A DNA stretch of 64,000 nucleotides from a virus: the IMG/VR virus record IMGVR_UViG_3300011417_000001, one strand, 5' to 3'. Positions 35,732-44,818 of this stretch are shown one piece after another. Position 1 is the first letter of the stretch. Every line of letters starts with the position of its first letter. The notes beneath the pieces were generated by a model that worked only from the letters and a program-made list of their open reading frames with translations, searched no databases and was not told the origin of the DNA. Position numbers and translations under genes: made by a program.

Positions 35732-36024
35732 TTATTAAAATGATTTTTATTGACATAAAAACATCGGTGTGGCCCTCGTGCATCATAAGCGCTTCCGTAA
35801 AAACAATCCCAACCCGCTTGTTTAAATTCTTTAATTACATCATCCATTATACCTTCAAAGGCATAGGCTGGAGTTATTATGATGGCATGATAGTTTTCAT
35901 TTTTAACAAATATTTCTTCATGCCAATCTTGCTTTAATAATTTTTCATTAAAGTATTCTATTGGAGTGTTCAGTCTGGGGTTGCTATTAATCTCGACTGG
36001 TTTTATAGGATGTATTTGGTTCAT
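35728..36024 (-). CDS. Hypothetical protein
   Basis: 98-aa ORF coupled on both sides. Confidence 0.4.
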   Translation of the reverse strand: MNQIHPIKPVEINSNPRLNTPIEYFNEKLLKQDWHEEIFVKNENYHAIIITPAYAFEGIMDDVIKEFKQAGWDCFYGSAYDARGPHRCFYVNKNHFNK

Positions 36025-36860
36025 ATCGGATAAAGTTTACCTTCTATTTCTACTGTTTGGGTGTTTGCCGGGAAGCCTAAGTTTTCCGGGTGCCCGATTG
36101 ATACTATTCTTCCTTTGCTCAGCCAGCTTGCAACTGCCCCTGTTGAGCTTCGGTTCTTGATGTAGTGGGCGCATTTTGAGAATAGCCATACCATTAACAC
36201 AGGTTGCAGCCCTCTTTCATATCCTGATACATTTGAGAATCTTTCAGGGTTATCTTTCGCTCCGTACGGGGCTTGGATAAATTCTTCAACTACAAACGCC
36301 TGCGGATATTTATTTAACAGCGGGTCAAGTATTCCCTGCTCTTCGGCTGTACACATTATTCGCATATCATCCGTTAATACTTCATCAATGAATGGGAAGT
36401 AGGTTTCTATCGATATTCGCGGCCTGCCGTCAAGATAAATATCTGTGCCCCTCCATGTTATTCCGATTGTTTTTGTAAAGTCAATTTTGTATTTGTCAAC
36501 AATCGCCCGCCCTCTTTGATTCGTTGCTTCGTTAAATTTTAAATGCCTTTGATAGTATTCTTTTATAACGCTTAGCGGCTGCGCCATAAAGCCTACCGGA
36601 GTGGGGTCTGCCCAGTTTTCCCATGTCCATGTTTCTTCCCGTTTTTTATTTCCGAATGGCTGCTCAAAAAACCAGTCATAGGCGTTAGGAATTTTCTGAA
36701 ATTTAGCATCATCGTTGTAAGATTGTACCGATAATCCTTTCGGCCAGTTGATGTATGCCGTGTGGCCGGTTTGCTCGGCTGCCCACATTTGCCAATAGTG
36801 GCAGTACAGCCACGTGGTGAGGGTGCTGTGTATATCGTTTTTCTCTAAGAATATATTCAT
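36021..36860 (-). CDS. Hypothetical protein, possibly a glycosyltransferase
   Basis: 279-aa ORF in the sugar-enzyme cluster. IGITWRGTDIYLDGRPR is reminiscent of fucosyltransferase-type GTs. This is a weak call. Confidence 0.3.
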   Translation of the reverse strand: MNIFLEKNDIHSTLTTWLYCHYWQMWAAEQTGHTAYINWPKGLSVQSYNDDAKFQKIPNAYDWFFEQPFGNKKREETWTWENWADPTPVGFMAQPLSVIKEYYQRHLKFNEATNQRGRAIVDKYKIDFTKTIGITWRGTDIYLDGRPRISIETYFPFIDEVLTDDMRIMCTAEEQGILDPLLNKYPQAFVVEEFIQAPYGAKDNPERFSNVSGYERGLQPVLMVWLFSKCAHYIKNRSSTGAVASWLSKGRIVSIGHPENLGFPANTQTVEIEGKLYPI

Positions 36861-37141
36861 TTTTCTTTAAACACTTTTACTGGTTCATCATGATTTCCTC
36901 CCATTGGTTCACATTTATATCTTAAATTTATTCTTTTACAATTTATGCAGTATTGAATGTATTGCCATCTTTCAACTGAAAATGGTGAAACACGATAAAC
37001 AAAATATTTTGCTGCCCCGCAATTCCAGCACTCCTCTAATGAATCGTTTTGGTTGAGACTTTTTTCTTTTTCTAATTCAAAGCATGTCTCTAATTCCTGT
37101 TCAGAGATTTCTTTTGATAATAAAAGTTCGCGTATTTTCAT
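36857..37141 (-). CDS. Zinc-ribbon protein
   Basis: CWNCG ... CINCK, i.e. two CxxC pairs. Confidence 0.4.
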   Translation of the reverse strand: MKIRELLLSKEISEQELETCFELEKEKSLNQNDSLEECWNCGAAKYFVYRVSPFSVERWQYIQYCINCKRINLRYKCEPMGGNHDEPVKVFKEK

Positions 37142-37827
37142 ATCGGTGTAAGTATTTCGCCATCGTGCTTAATTTCCGGATAAACAAATCCGGTTTCTTG
37201 ATTGATTGTTTTCCAGCTACCGTGAAAACCGAATGGGCTGCTGTGGTGATAGTGTGGATTCGGATTGCCTCCCTGACCGAAGTGTGACGCTGTTTTCAGG
37301 TCTGCAAACTTAAATCCTTCCGCCTCTAACTGATGACGGTGGGTGATTGCTATCTCGCCATCCTCGTACATCCTTATGTTTTTTTGAAGGTTGTGCGCCT
37401 GTTCGTTCGTGCCATCCCACTGGGGATATTTTTCGGAAACAGATTGCATGATTGATTTGCTGCGAAACGAAAATCCACCTACTCCCATAACGTCATACTG
37501 ATTAAACAGTGCTCCAATGTAGTCGTACTGCTCCCATTTTTTGTTCCATGCCTGCGGGTTGAGTATCCACCCGTCTCGTTGAACTATCAGTATGTGTTTG
37601 GTGTCTACATACTCGTGAATTTTTTTTAGCATGAATACCGAGTAATGAATAAGTGTTTTTACTTCCTTTATTTCTACTTTATGAGGATAGTCGGTGGAGA
37701 AGTGTGTAAGAAGTTTTATGTCTGCGAAGTCACAGAGTGCCTTGCACCGTTCTACTACTTTTATGGCGCGGTCAATGTTGAGGCAGTCAACAATTAACAG
37801 GGTGGTGGTGTTTAAATTTGGTTTCAT
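37138..37827 (-). CDS. DUF5672-family protein (putative glycosyltransferase)
   Basis: ILIVQRDGWILNPQAWNKKWEQYDYIGALF matches my recollection of the DUF5672 core. The start was chosen at the ATG that forms an ATGA overlap with the upstream stop. Confidence 0.5.
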   Translation of the reverse strand: MKPNLNTTTLLIVDCLNIDRAIKVVERCKALCDFADIKLLTHFSTDYPHKVEIKEVKTLIHYSVFMLKKIHEYVDTKHILIVQRDGWILNPQAWNKKWEQYDYIGALFNQYDVMGVGGFSFRSKSIMQSVSEKYPQWDGTNEQAHNLQKNIRMYEDGEIAITHRHQLEAEGFKFADLKTASHFGQGGNPNPHYHHSSPFGFHGSWKTINQETGFVYPEIKHDGEILTPI

Positions 37828-38564
37828 CTTTTTTGTTTCCATCCGAGCGACCTCTTGCGGTTTATTTCTTTGATGCGGTCGCGGTAGTAGTCCCGGTAGT
37901 CCCACGCCATTCCCTGTGACAAAAATATTGCTTCTTTGTTGAGCGGTGTCGCTTCGCTAACGTAGTGAATCCATCCCTCCGGGTCAGTGTAGTTGAATCC
38001 GTGTTTGTGCATGATTAGGCTGAGGATGGTTTGGTCGTGGCGGGTTCCAAATATTCGCGGGTCGTCTCCTAATTGGTTGTCTTCGTTCTTCCAGCTTCCT
38101 TTGAAAAGATGAATGTTCTCAAAGTACTCTTTAAAGATTGTTTGCCCTGCCGGGTGGTCGAAGTTTAGCCCTACAATACATGCCATCGCGTGAGGTATGG
38201 AGTACGCCTCTTCGCGGGTGTAGCCGAACGCTTTTAGCTGCTCATCACTTGACCAGTTACCAGTGCTCCATCCGTTTCTAAGAACAAAGTAGCCGTCTTG
38301 TTTTATCTTGTCAAATATCGGGGTAGGGTTGTGCTGTGCCCACACTGCGGCATCGCACCACACTACCATCTTGTGCAGTCCCTCGTCTTTAATATCTTTA
38401 AAGGCGTAGGGCTTAAACGCGTAAGGTATTTGGTTATGTTCGGGGCATCCCTTTGGATAGGTGTTTTCCCATACCCGGTGGCGCAGTCCGTACTTGGAGA
38501 TGGACTCAACCAGCCTCTTTTGCCCTTTTGGATGCCAAAACTTTACCGCTACGTTTATGAACAT
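37824..38564 (-). CDS. Hypothetical protein, possible nucleotide-sugar transferase
   Basis: 246-aa ORF within the cluster. No firm motif was found. Confidence 0.35.
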   Translation of the reverse strand: MFINVAVKFWHPKGQKRLVESISKYGLRHRVWENTYPKGCPEHNQIPYAFKPYAFKDIKDEGLHKMVVWCDAAVWAQHNPTPIFDKIKQDGYFVLRNGWSTGNWSSDEQLKAFGYTREEAYSIPHAMACIVGLNFDHPAGQTIFKEYFENIHLFKGSWKNEDNQLGDDPRIFGTRHDQTILSLIMHKHGFNYTDPEGWIHYVSEATPLNKEAIFLSQGMAWDYRDYYRDRIKEINRKRSLGWKQKR

Positions 38565-39139
38565 TTTCCTATTAGTAGATTTTCATCATTAAACAAAATC
38601 TCTTTATATCCCGCAGCTAAGTTAAGTATTTCTTCTTTCCTTCCATCATGCTCGATGCACCATAGTTTACAGTTTTGAAACTCGCTGAACATCTTTAAGA
38701 ATAGCTCTGCGCTGGTTGCTTCGGTGTCTATGTTAATGAAGTCGAAAATGTCTCCGTACTTTTCTTTTAGTGCAGCAAAGTGAATGCCGTAAACTTGGGT
38801 AGGCTTGAACGGCACATGACTCCACTTTGCTACATGGTCGGTGTTGGTAGTTGATAGAAAATCCCCGTTGGATTCGTAGAATGTCTGCCATCCTGCGGTA
38901 ATTCCTACCACCGCATTTACTATCTCGGTATTTAGTCCTTCCATGTTTTTTATCAGTGCCGGGATAAGATGTGCCGAGGGCTCTACCATCACGCCTTTCC
39001 ATCCATTTAAGAGTAGCTGGTAGGAGTTGGACATTACCTTGCCATCCGCACTACCGATATCCAGCAGCGTTCCTGTGCTTATGTTTTGTTCCTGAAAGTA
39101 GTTCAAGATGGAGTGTTCTTCGGTTTTTTGCGAGTACAT
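38555..39139 (-). CDS. FkbM-type SAM-dependent methyltransferase
   Basis: LLDIGSADGKVMSN is glycine-loop-like, and the size fits the family. Confidence 0.55.
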   Translation of the reverse strand: MYSQKTEEHSILNYFQEQNISTGTLLDIGSADGKVMSNSYQLLLNGWKGVMVEPSAHLIPALIKNMEGLNTEIVNAVVGITAGWQTFYESNGDFLSTTNTDHVAKWSHVPFKPTQVYGIHFAALKEKYGDIFDFINIDTEATSAELFLKMFSEFQNCKLWCIEHDGRKEEILNLAAGYKEILFNDENLLIGKCS

Positions 39140-39146
39140 CTTTCTA

Positions 39147-39509
39147 TTAATTATTGCGGTGTTTCATGTAGGCGTATGGCCGGGCATCATAGCCCTGTAT
39201 GCCATATTTCTTTTTTAGTGATTCATATTTTATAAACTCTTCTCTTGTCATAAAATCTAATATGGGAAAAAATAATTCAGTTAATTCCTTGCCTAATATT
39301 TTTCCCGATTTTTCCTTAACTTTACTAATCTCTTTATATGGTGTTGTAGATTTTCCATCAATTAATTTTTCTCCAAACATTACTTCTTTTACCGTTACTC
39401 CAAGTACTTTCATGTTCAAGTCTGATGGCCTGCCAATTAGATAATAGAATCTATAAAACTCTTTTTCTAAATTCCAAATTTCCTGACACTGCTCTTCCGT
39501 CCACTTCAT
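39147..39509 (-). CDS. Hypothetical protein
   Basis: 120-aa ORF overlapping the upstream stop. Confidence 0.4.
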   Translation of the reverse strand: MKWTEEQCQEIWNLEKEFYRFYYLIGRPSDLNMKVLGVTVKEVMFGEKLIDGKSTTPYKEISKVKEKSGKILGKELTELFFPILDFMTREEFIKYESLKKKYGIQGYDARPYAYMKHRNN

Positions 39510-39925
39510 TTGTTTTTATTGTCTTTCATTGATTCATACATTATTCGGGCAATCTTTTCAATCGTCCGGTTTAATCCTCTTGGGGTCAAATATATTTTCT
39601 CTTGTGAAGTAACATAGGTTCTTATAAGGTCTTCTGTTTTTCTATCGCTTTCGGCTTTTGTTCTATTATTCTCTACCTGAAATAAAACATCCTTTGCAAG
39701 TTTTAAGGCTTCAATTTGCTTTATGTTATTATATTTTCTAATGTAGTTGGCTAATCTTATTATGCTTTTTATATCAGATGTTTCAAACAAATAGTGGTCT
39801 TCTATTGTTTCTGCTTGTGCTGGCGTCATGGCACTTTTCTCTTTTAAATGTTTTCTATAACTAACGGCTAAATAGGTTAAATATACAATCAGAATTAATA
39901 TAAATATTGCTATATTATAATTCAT
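39506..39925 (-). CDS. Single-pass membrane protein
   Basis: N-terminal transmembrane segment IAIFILILIVYLTYLAV. Confidence 0.4.
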   Translation of the reverse strand: MNYNIAIFILILIVYLTYLAVSYRKHLKEKSAMTPAQAETIEDHYLFETSDIKSIIRLANYIRKYNNIKQIEALKLAKDVLFQVENNRTKAESDRKTEDLIRTYVTSQEKIYLTPRGLNRTIEKIARIMYESMKDNKNK

Positions 39926-40470
39926 TTATTTCTACGATACTGATAAAAATACATTGGCTGGTCTATAAAATACTCGGTTTTCAGCAGCCCTGATTCTGCC
40001 ATTCTTTTTGCAAAGTCGGCATCTTCTCCAAAGGATGTTTCGGGGAATTTTACCTGTCTTGCCAGCTCAACTTTCATCGGGTTGAGGTGGTTGGGTGGGC
40101 GGAAGTAGATGCCTTTTTGCTCGGTGTATTTTAGTCCAAGTTTATGAATGAATGTCTCCGGCTTTTTGCCCTCTGAGGTTATGATTCCTTTAAAGGTTAC
40201 TACGTCCACCCCTTTGTTTATTCCTTCGTGCACTCGTTCTACGTAGTCTGAGCTTACTAAGTCATCATCGTCTATGAATGCACAGTATTCGGTCTCACAT
40301 TTGTCAAGCAAGTGGTTTCTCTTGTGGCCGATGGTTTCTTCGCCCCTGTCTTCAAGGATGAATATCTTAGTATCTATCTGCTTGCACTGCCCACCGATAA
40401 CGTCTATCAGCCGGTCCAGAAAGTGCTTGCGGCTTGTCAGGGTTGGGATGAGGATGGTTAGCTTACACAA
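39922..40470 (-). CDS. Glycosyltransferase family 2 (GT-A)
   Basis: LTILIPTLTSRKHFLDRL at the N-terminus and a CAFIDDDD DxD motif. Confidence 0.7.
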   Translation of the reverse strand: MCKLTILIPTLTSRKHFLDRLIDVIGGQCKQIDTKIFILEDRGEETIGHKRNHLLDKCETEYCAFIDDDDLVSSDYVERVHEGINKGVDVVTFKGIITSEGKKPETFIHKLGLKYTEQKGIYFRPPNHLNPMKVELARQVKFPETSFGEDADFAKRMAESGLLKTEYFIDQPMYFYQYRRNK

Positions 40471-41146
40471 AATCTTTTGCCTTTCTTTGCTCGTAAATCT
40501 TTTTTCCTAAATCCCATGCTGATTGGGAGTTTTCGCGGTTGTAGGTGTGGTCTTTCGGGTTTTTGCCGTTGATGAAGTGCCGGTGTTCAAACTTTAAATC
40601 AGAGTAAATCAGCCAGCCGTTTTTCTTACAAACATCGTGCAGCTCGTTGTCGGCAAACATGGAGAAGTAGCGCGGGTTGTAGATGTGTCCGAGTTTCTCG
40701 TAAATGCCTCTGCTTATTATTGGTAGTGTCATGCAGCCGGACTGGTTGCCGTTGATGCAGTCGTCTATCATTATTGCGAAGTTTTCTGCCGGTTCGTTAA
40801 GGTGCGTTGTAACTAATCCGCTTAATCTGCCTGAAGTGTTTTTTATTTCAACATCCCAATCTTTCGGGCATCCAAAATCATCGCTAACCACTATTAAACA
40901 ATCTCCTGTTGATAACTTGGCTGCGTTGTTTACCGCGTCTATCATGCTGCGATTTTCATTGATTAAAAGTTTTATGCCGGTTTCTTTGAACTGGCTTTTG
41001 TAGCAGTCTATCTGCGCATCGTCTTTGTCAATGCTTAGTATGTACTCGTACTGGTTCTGGTCGGAGGCATTGCCCATCCATTCTACAAAGGCTTTGTATG
41101 CCATTTGGCAGCGTTCGCGGCTCGGATGTATCAAGGTGTAGCGCAT
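40463..41146 (-). CDS. GT-A-fold glycosyltransferase-like protein
   Basis: YILSIDKDD and LIVVSDDF (DxD-like) motifs. Confidence 0.5.
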   Translation of the reverse strand: MRYTLIHPSRERCQMAYKAFVEWMGNASDQNQYEYILSIDKDDAQIDCYKSQFKETGIKLLINENRSMIDAVNNAAKLSTGDCLIVVSDDFGCPKDWDVEIKNTSGRLSGLVTTHLNEPAENFAIMIDDCINGNQSGCMTLPIISRGIYEKLGHIYNPRYFSMFADNELHDVCKKNGWLIYSDLKFEHRHFINGKNPKDHTYNRENSQSAWDLGKKIYEQRKAKDFV

Positions 41147-41147
41147 T

Positions 41148-41354
41148 TTACTGAACTCTTACAAGTATTGTGTGCCCGTTTTCGGTGTAGGTGCGGAATT
41201 TCCAGTTGAGTTTGCGGGTTTGCGCCTGCCGCTTTGCGCAGTTTAAGGCTACGCTTGAGGTAATTGTATCAAGTACTCTCCTTTCGCCCAACTCCATATT
41301 GTAAAAATGGTGTATGGGTTTCCGGCCTCTATTTTCCGGGATGACTATTTCCAT
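41148..41354 (-). CDS. Hypothetical protein (first gene of the minus-strand sugar-enzyme operon)
   Basis: 68-aa ORF 8 nt downstream of a -7 box. Confidence 0.4.
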   Translation of the reverse strand: MEIVIPENRGRKPIHHFYNMELGERRVLDTITSSVALNCAKRQAQTRKLNWKFRTYTENGHTILVRVQ

Positions 41355-41361
41355 GATGGCG

Positions 41362-41369
41362 CAAAGATA
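41362..41369 (-). promoter_or_regulatory. -7 box TATCTTTG (minus strand)
   Basis: The plus strand reads CAAAGATA. This is one of two divergent promoters in the 41355-41560 intergenic region. Confidence 0.45.
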
Positions 41370-41468
41370 TAAATAAATATTTAATTAAATGATAAAAAAA
41401 TAAATAAAAATAATTGCCTTGATTTTCAAACACTTGCTATATTATTGCAATATTTCTTTTATTATTAC

Positions 41469-41498
41469 TTGTACATATTAAAATAAGCATTATGTTTG
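41469..41498 (+). promoter_or_regulatory. Bacteroidota-type promoter (cTTG, 19 nt, TATGTTTG)
   Basis: The -7 box is at 41491-41498 and TTG at 41469-41471. Confidence 0.5.
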
Positions 41499-41559
41499 CA
41501 CCGTATTTATAAACAATCATTCACTAATTAATCAAACAATTTAAAAACGTATCAATAAA

Positions 41560-41754
41560 ATGAACACAAATTTTGAAAACATTTCCGCGCTTCGTAAAGC
41601 TGCATCAGGTAAACAGTTATTTGTTAAATGCGGGCAGTTGCCTGTATTGATTAAAAAGTCAGCAATTAACCGCGCTTTACTTGGGCAAAAGTTTTACGCC
41701 TCTGCCTTTGCTACTGACCGCGCACTGTATATTAATTCTATTCAATTATATTAA
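41560..41754 (+). CDS. Hypothetical protein
   Basis: 64-aa ORF downstream of the promoter. Confidence 0.35.
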   Translation: MNTNFENISALRKAASGKQLFVKCGQLPVLIKKSAINRALLGQKFYASAFATDRALYINSIQLY

Positions 41755-41953
41755 TATGAAAGTTGAAATTAACACTTTCTCTATGAATAGGGGGATATCA
41801 CCTTTAAACACTTAGAAAAAATGAAGAATGAAAAAGAGAAAAACGACAAAAAAATTGAAAATCCCGAATTAAAAAAACAATGTGTAACTATACATGGGGA
41901 TTCGGGGCATTATTATTTATCCAAAGGGATAAGCCATATTAACGGTATTCCTG

Positions 41954-42517
41954 TTATACAAACGACATCGCCAGACGAAGTTCCCCCCTTGGAACAGATG
42001 GAGGATTAATATCATCTATTATTCCCTTTTGCAAAGCAAACTTTACGTCCTTGCTTTCACCTTGATTAAACAAAGTATTAATTTCTTCTGCTGTTAATTT
42101 TGTTCTATTAACAAAGGTATCTACTGTTCTACTTTCCATCCCCTCAAGCATACTAAGGTTTTCTTTTATTAGTGCCTTCCCAACGGGGGCATTAAAGCTA
42201 AGAGTATAGCCATGAAATAAAAAAGCAGCGTTTGGGGCTGCGTACCTCTTTCCGCCTGCTATAAAAATAATATTGGCAATAGAATCAATAGTTCCAATAT
42301 TGTGCATTGTTACAGTAAGTTTACTTTGCAGCGAAATCAGAAAATTATACAAAGTAAATCCAGCATCCACATCACCACCTTTTGACGAAATAAAATAATA
42401 TAATTCTGTTGGATTATATTTACTAATTACATCAGTAGTAAATTGGATGAATTTATTAACCTTTACTAAATCAATACCATCATAAAAATTAATGTAAACT
42501 GTTTTTTGATTTTCCAT
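41954..42517 (-). CDS. ClpP-fold serine peptidase (ClpP/S49-like)
   Basis: Aligns by eye with the E. coli ClpP core: YFISSKGGDVDAGFTLYNFL versus YINSPGGSVTAGMAIYDTM. The catalytic Ser context is GTIDSIA and the His context is LFHG. Confidence 0.65.
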   Translation of the reverse strand: MENQKTVYINFYDGIDLVKVNKFIQFTTDVISKYNPTELYYFISSKGGDVDAGFTLYNFLISLQSKLTVTMHNIGTIDSIANIIFIAGGKRYAAPNAAFLFHGYTLSFNAPVGKALIKENLSMLEGMESRTVDTFVNRTKLTAEEINTLFNQGESKDVKFALQKGIIDDINPPSVPRGELRLAMSFV

Positions 42518-42605
42518 TAATAAAAAAATTATTTATATTGAGGGAATGGATAATGGCTGCATTATAATCAATAATGATATTTAATTTATTAAAAAGAAAA
42601 GGTCT

Positions 42606-43160
42606 TCATTGAGTATTAAAATAGTTCTGAATGCCTACACAGTTCATTATTAGCGTTGTTCCAATCATACTTCCATCGCCATCTAAGTTTAGTTTATCGA
42701 AATAACCAATTATAATGTAAAGATATTGCGCATCAGTTAGTTCAGCTAATACAATAGGATGTATGCTTTTTCTTGGAGCTGAAGAATAAAGAGTTTCAAA
42801 GTCTGCACTAAATTTATGATGAGAAATAATATTTGATAAAGCCTGGACTGTTCCATCGACTTTTTCATCAAGTTTGTTATCCATAAATAACGCAACTAAA
42901 TTTTGTGGAGTAAGTTGAGTGTAGTATTCACGAGTACTTTCTGTTCTAACAAAAGCTAATCTATTTGAATCTGTAAATAAAAGCCCGTTTACGCTTGGCG
43001 GTTGGGCTTGCTGTGTTTCTTGTTGAAATTTTTCCTTTATCTCAAAAAAGTCCAATATTGGAATTTCGCATTCTAAGCAACAAGATTTCGGAAGTTCTTT
43101 AACTTCGGTTTCTATAAAATAATTTTTGTCTTTTAAGAATTTTATTAAATCACTGAACAT
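42606..43160 (-). CDS. Hypothetical protein (middle gene of the ATPase operon)
   Basis: The ATG at 43160 lies 1 nt after the ATPase TAA. No family was recognised. It contains FVRTESTREYY and NLDGDGS. Confidence 0.5.
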   Translation of the reverse strand: MFSDLIKFLKDKNYFIETEVKELPKSCCLECEIPILDFFEIKEKFQQETQQAQPPSVNGLLFTDSNRLAFVRTESTREYYTQLTPQNLVALFMDNKLDEKVDGTVQALSNIISHHKFSADFETLYSSAPRKSIHPIVLAELTDAQYLYIIIGYFDKLNLDGDGSMIGTTLIMNCVGIQNYFNTQ

Positions 43161-43161
43161 A

Positions 43162-44493
43162 TTAATTATTAATAAGGTCACGCATTGGTTCAGCTAATTT
43201 CTTATAAATAGGATTTTTATCATTCGTTACATCTATAAAAGTTGTAAATCCACCTTCCGATTTATCGCCAAAATAAAAACGAGTTTTGTTGCTTACTAAT
43301 GTATTTGCCTTACTGAACTTGGAAAGGGCTTGAATCAGATATGGCGAATGTGAACTAATTACAACAGGTATTCCACTTGCGCATAAACTCACAATGATTT
43401 TAGCGTATTCAATTTCCCATTGTGGGTGCAAGTGAACCTCTGGTTCATCTATAATTAATAGCGAGTTTTGATTAACGTATGTAGGATTTAGTAATAATTG
43501 GAGTAATCCTAATGATTTTACTCCAGTAGCTATGTTAAAAGCCCGGACAATAGCTCCATTGTTTTTTATAAAAACTATTCCACCCTCATCACTTTTAAAT
43601 TTCATTTCTCCAGAAATAACAGATTTAATCATTTTAAATATTTCCGCAAAGACATCACTACTAACAGGAGGTGAAATTTTAACTTTTTGAGAAATGTCAG
43701 AATAGTGCAATGGTAAATCCCCTCGCTGATTTCCCGTTGGGGAAAATGCTAAACTATTAGTAATAAATTCTGCCAACTGTACAATCGTTGGCGTTTCAAT
43801 TATTGTTGCATCTTTTAAATAGAACGGATTGTCAACCTTAAATGATGAAGTTAAGTTTTTTTCTACTACAAGTTTAAGAATAGACGTTACCCCTTCTTCA
43901 ATATTAATACTAAGTTCATTGTCTGTTAAAAGTGAATTAATTTGACTTTGAAATATTCTTTGAATGATGTTTCTGTCAAAATATGTTTTATATTTTGCTT
44001 CATCCGTTGGAATATCCTCTAAAGTCTGAATAATTTTTTTTTCGTATATGTTGATATTTAAAATTGCATCTTCAAACCTCTTTTTCGTGGAATCAGGTGC
44101 GTTTACTTTGGTTGATTCTAAATCCTCCTTTACTTTGACAATATATTCCCTAACCTCGTTTGCAAGTTCGGCATTAACTGATTGCACTCTGCCAATGTAA
44201 AGATTTACTAATTTTTGAACTAAAATATTCGTATTAAATTTTTGAGCCTTATCTTGAGTGAATGGAATAACAGACCTATGGGACGAATTAATATTATTTA
44301 AATTGTTCGTTGACTGGGAATACTTCTCGATATTCATAAAAGTATCGGCATTATTTATTGTTTTAATAATCGAATAAATACCTTTGCTTATAAAAGATTT
44401 CCCTGTATCATTGGTTCCGGTTATAACAGTTAGTCCATTAACTTCAATAGAAGCCTCTTTAACAATGCCGAAATTTTTAAAAATGAATTTCAT
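43162..44493 (-). CDS. ABC-type (AAA_15/AAA_21-like) ATPase
   Basis: Walker A GTNDTGKS at aa 26-33, Walker B/D-loop LLIIDEPEVHLHPQW, and H-loop VISSHSPY. Confidence 0.85.
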   Translation of the reverse strand: MKFIFKNFGIVKEASIEVNGLTVITGTNDTGKSFISKGIYSIIKTINNADTFMNIEKYSQSTNNLNNINSSHRSVIPFTQDKAQKFNTNILVQKLVNLYIGRVQSVNAELANEVREYIVKVKEDLESTKVNAPDSTKKRFEDAILNINIYEKKIIQTLEDIPTDEAKYKTYFDRNIIQRIFQSQINSLLTDNELSINIEEGVTSILKLVVEKNLTSSFKVDNPFYLKDATIIETPTIVQLAEFITNSLAFSPTGNQRGDLPLHYSDISQKVKISPPVSSDVFAEIFKMIKSVISGEMKFKSDEGGIVFIKNNGAIVRAFNIATGVKSLGLLQLLLNPTYVNQNSLLIIDEPEVHLHPQWEIEYAKIIVSLCASGIPVVISSHSPYLIQALSKFSKANTLVSNKTRFYFGDKSEGGFTTFIDVTNDKNPIYKKLAEPMRDLINN

Positions 44494-44592
44494 AGTTAAT
44501 TATTGCTGAAAAAATAAAAGTTTACAAAAGTAGCAATAAAAAAATCTCCAACAATTTGACTATCAGACTAATTTTTTTTCATGTTTAGTTGC

Positions 44593-44605
44593 AAGTTTGA
44601 AACTT
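44593..44605. promoter_or_regulatory. 13-bp palindrome AAGTTT-G-AAACTT (candidate operator)
   Basis: Perfect palindrome lying between the divergent ATPase operon and the HTH gene. Confidence 0.4.
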
Positions 44606-44623
44606 ATTACTATCTTTGCACCC

Positions 44624-44794
44624 ATGAAAGACCCATTTATAGGCTTGTTAACAATAAAAAATTATGCTGATAAATTCAGCGTTACCACTTCTTATATATA
44701 TAAATTGATAAAACTAAAAAGGGTACAACCAGTAATAATAGACGGAGTAAAATTTATTGACACCATAAAATTTCCACGCATACCAACCAAATAA
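44624..44794 (+). CDS. HTH_17 / excisionase-family DNA-binding protein
   Basis: LTIKNYADKFSVTTSYIYKLIKLKRVQPVIIDGVKFI fits the MerR-like Xis/AlpA HTH pattern. The ATG lies 6 nt after the -7 box TATCTTTG (44611-44618). Confidence 0.5.
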   Translation: MKDPFIGLLTIKNYADKFSVTTSYIYKLIKLKRVQPVIIDGVKFIDTIKFPRIPTK

Positions 44795-44818
44795 TATTTT
44801 TTTTACCGAAACTGTTTC

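Noticed and set aside
41954-42517. The ClpP-fold peptidase could simply be the prohead maturation protease.
   Set aside because: This is not fully excluded, but it is disfavoured. The gene lies about 22 kb from the portal, scaffold and capsid genes, in a different operon and an AT-rich island, downstream of the ABC-type ATPase operon (88 nt after its second gene). The head module also has a separate scaffold protein.
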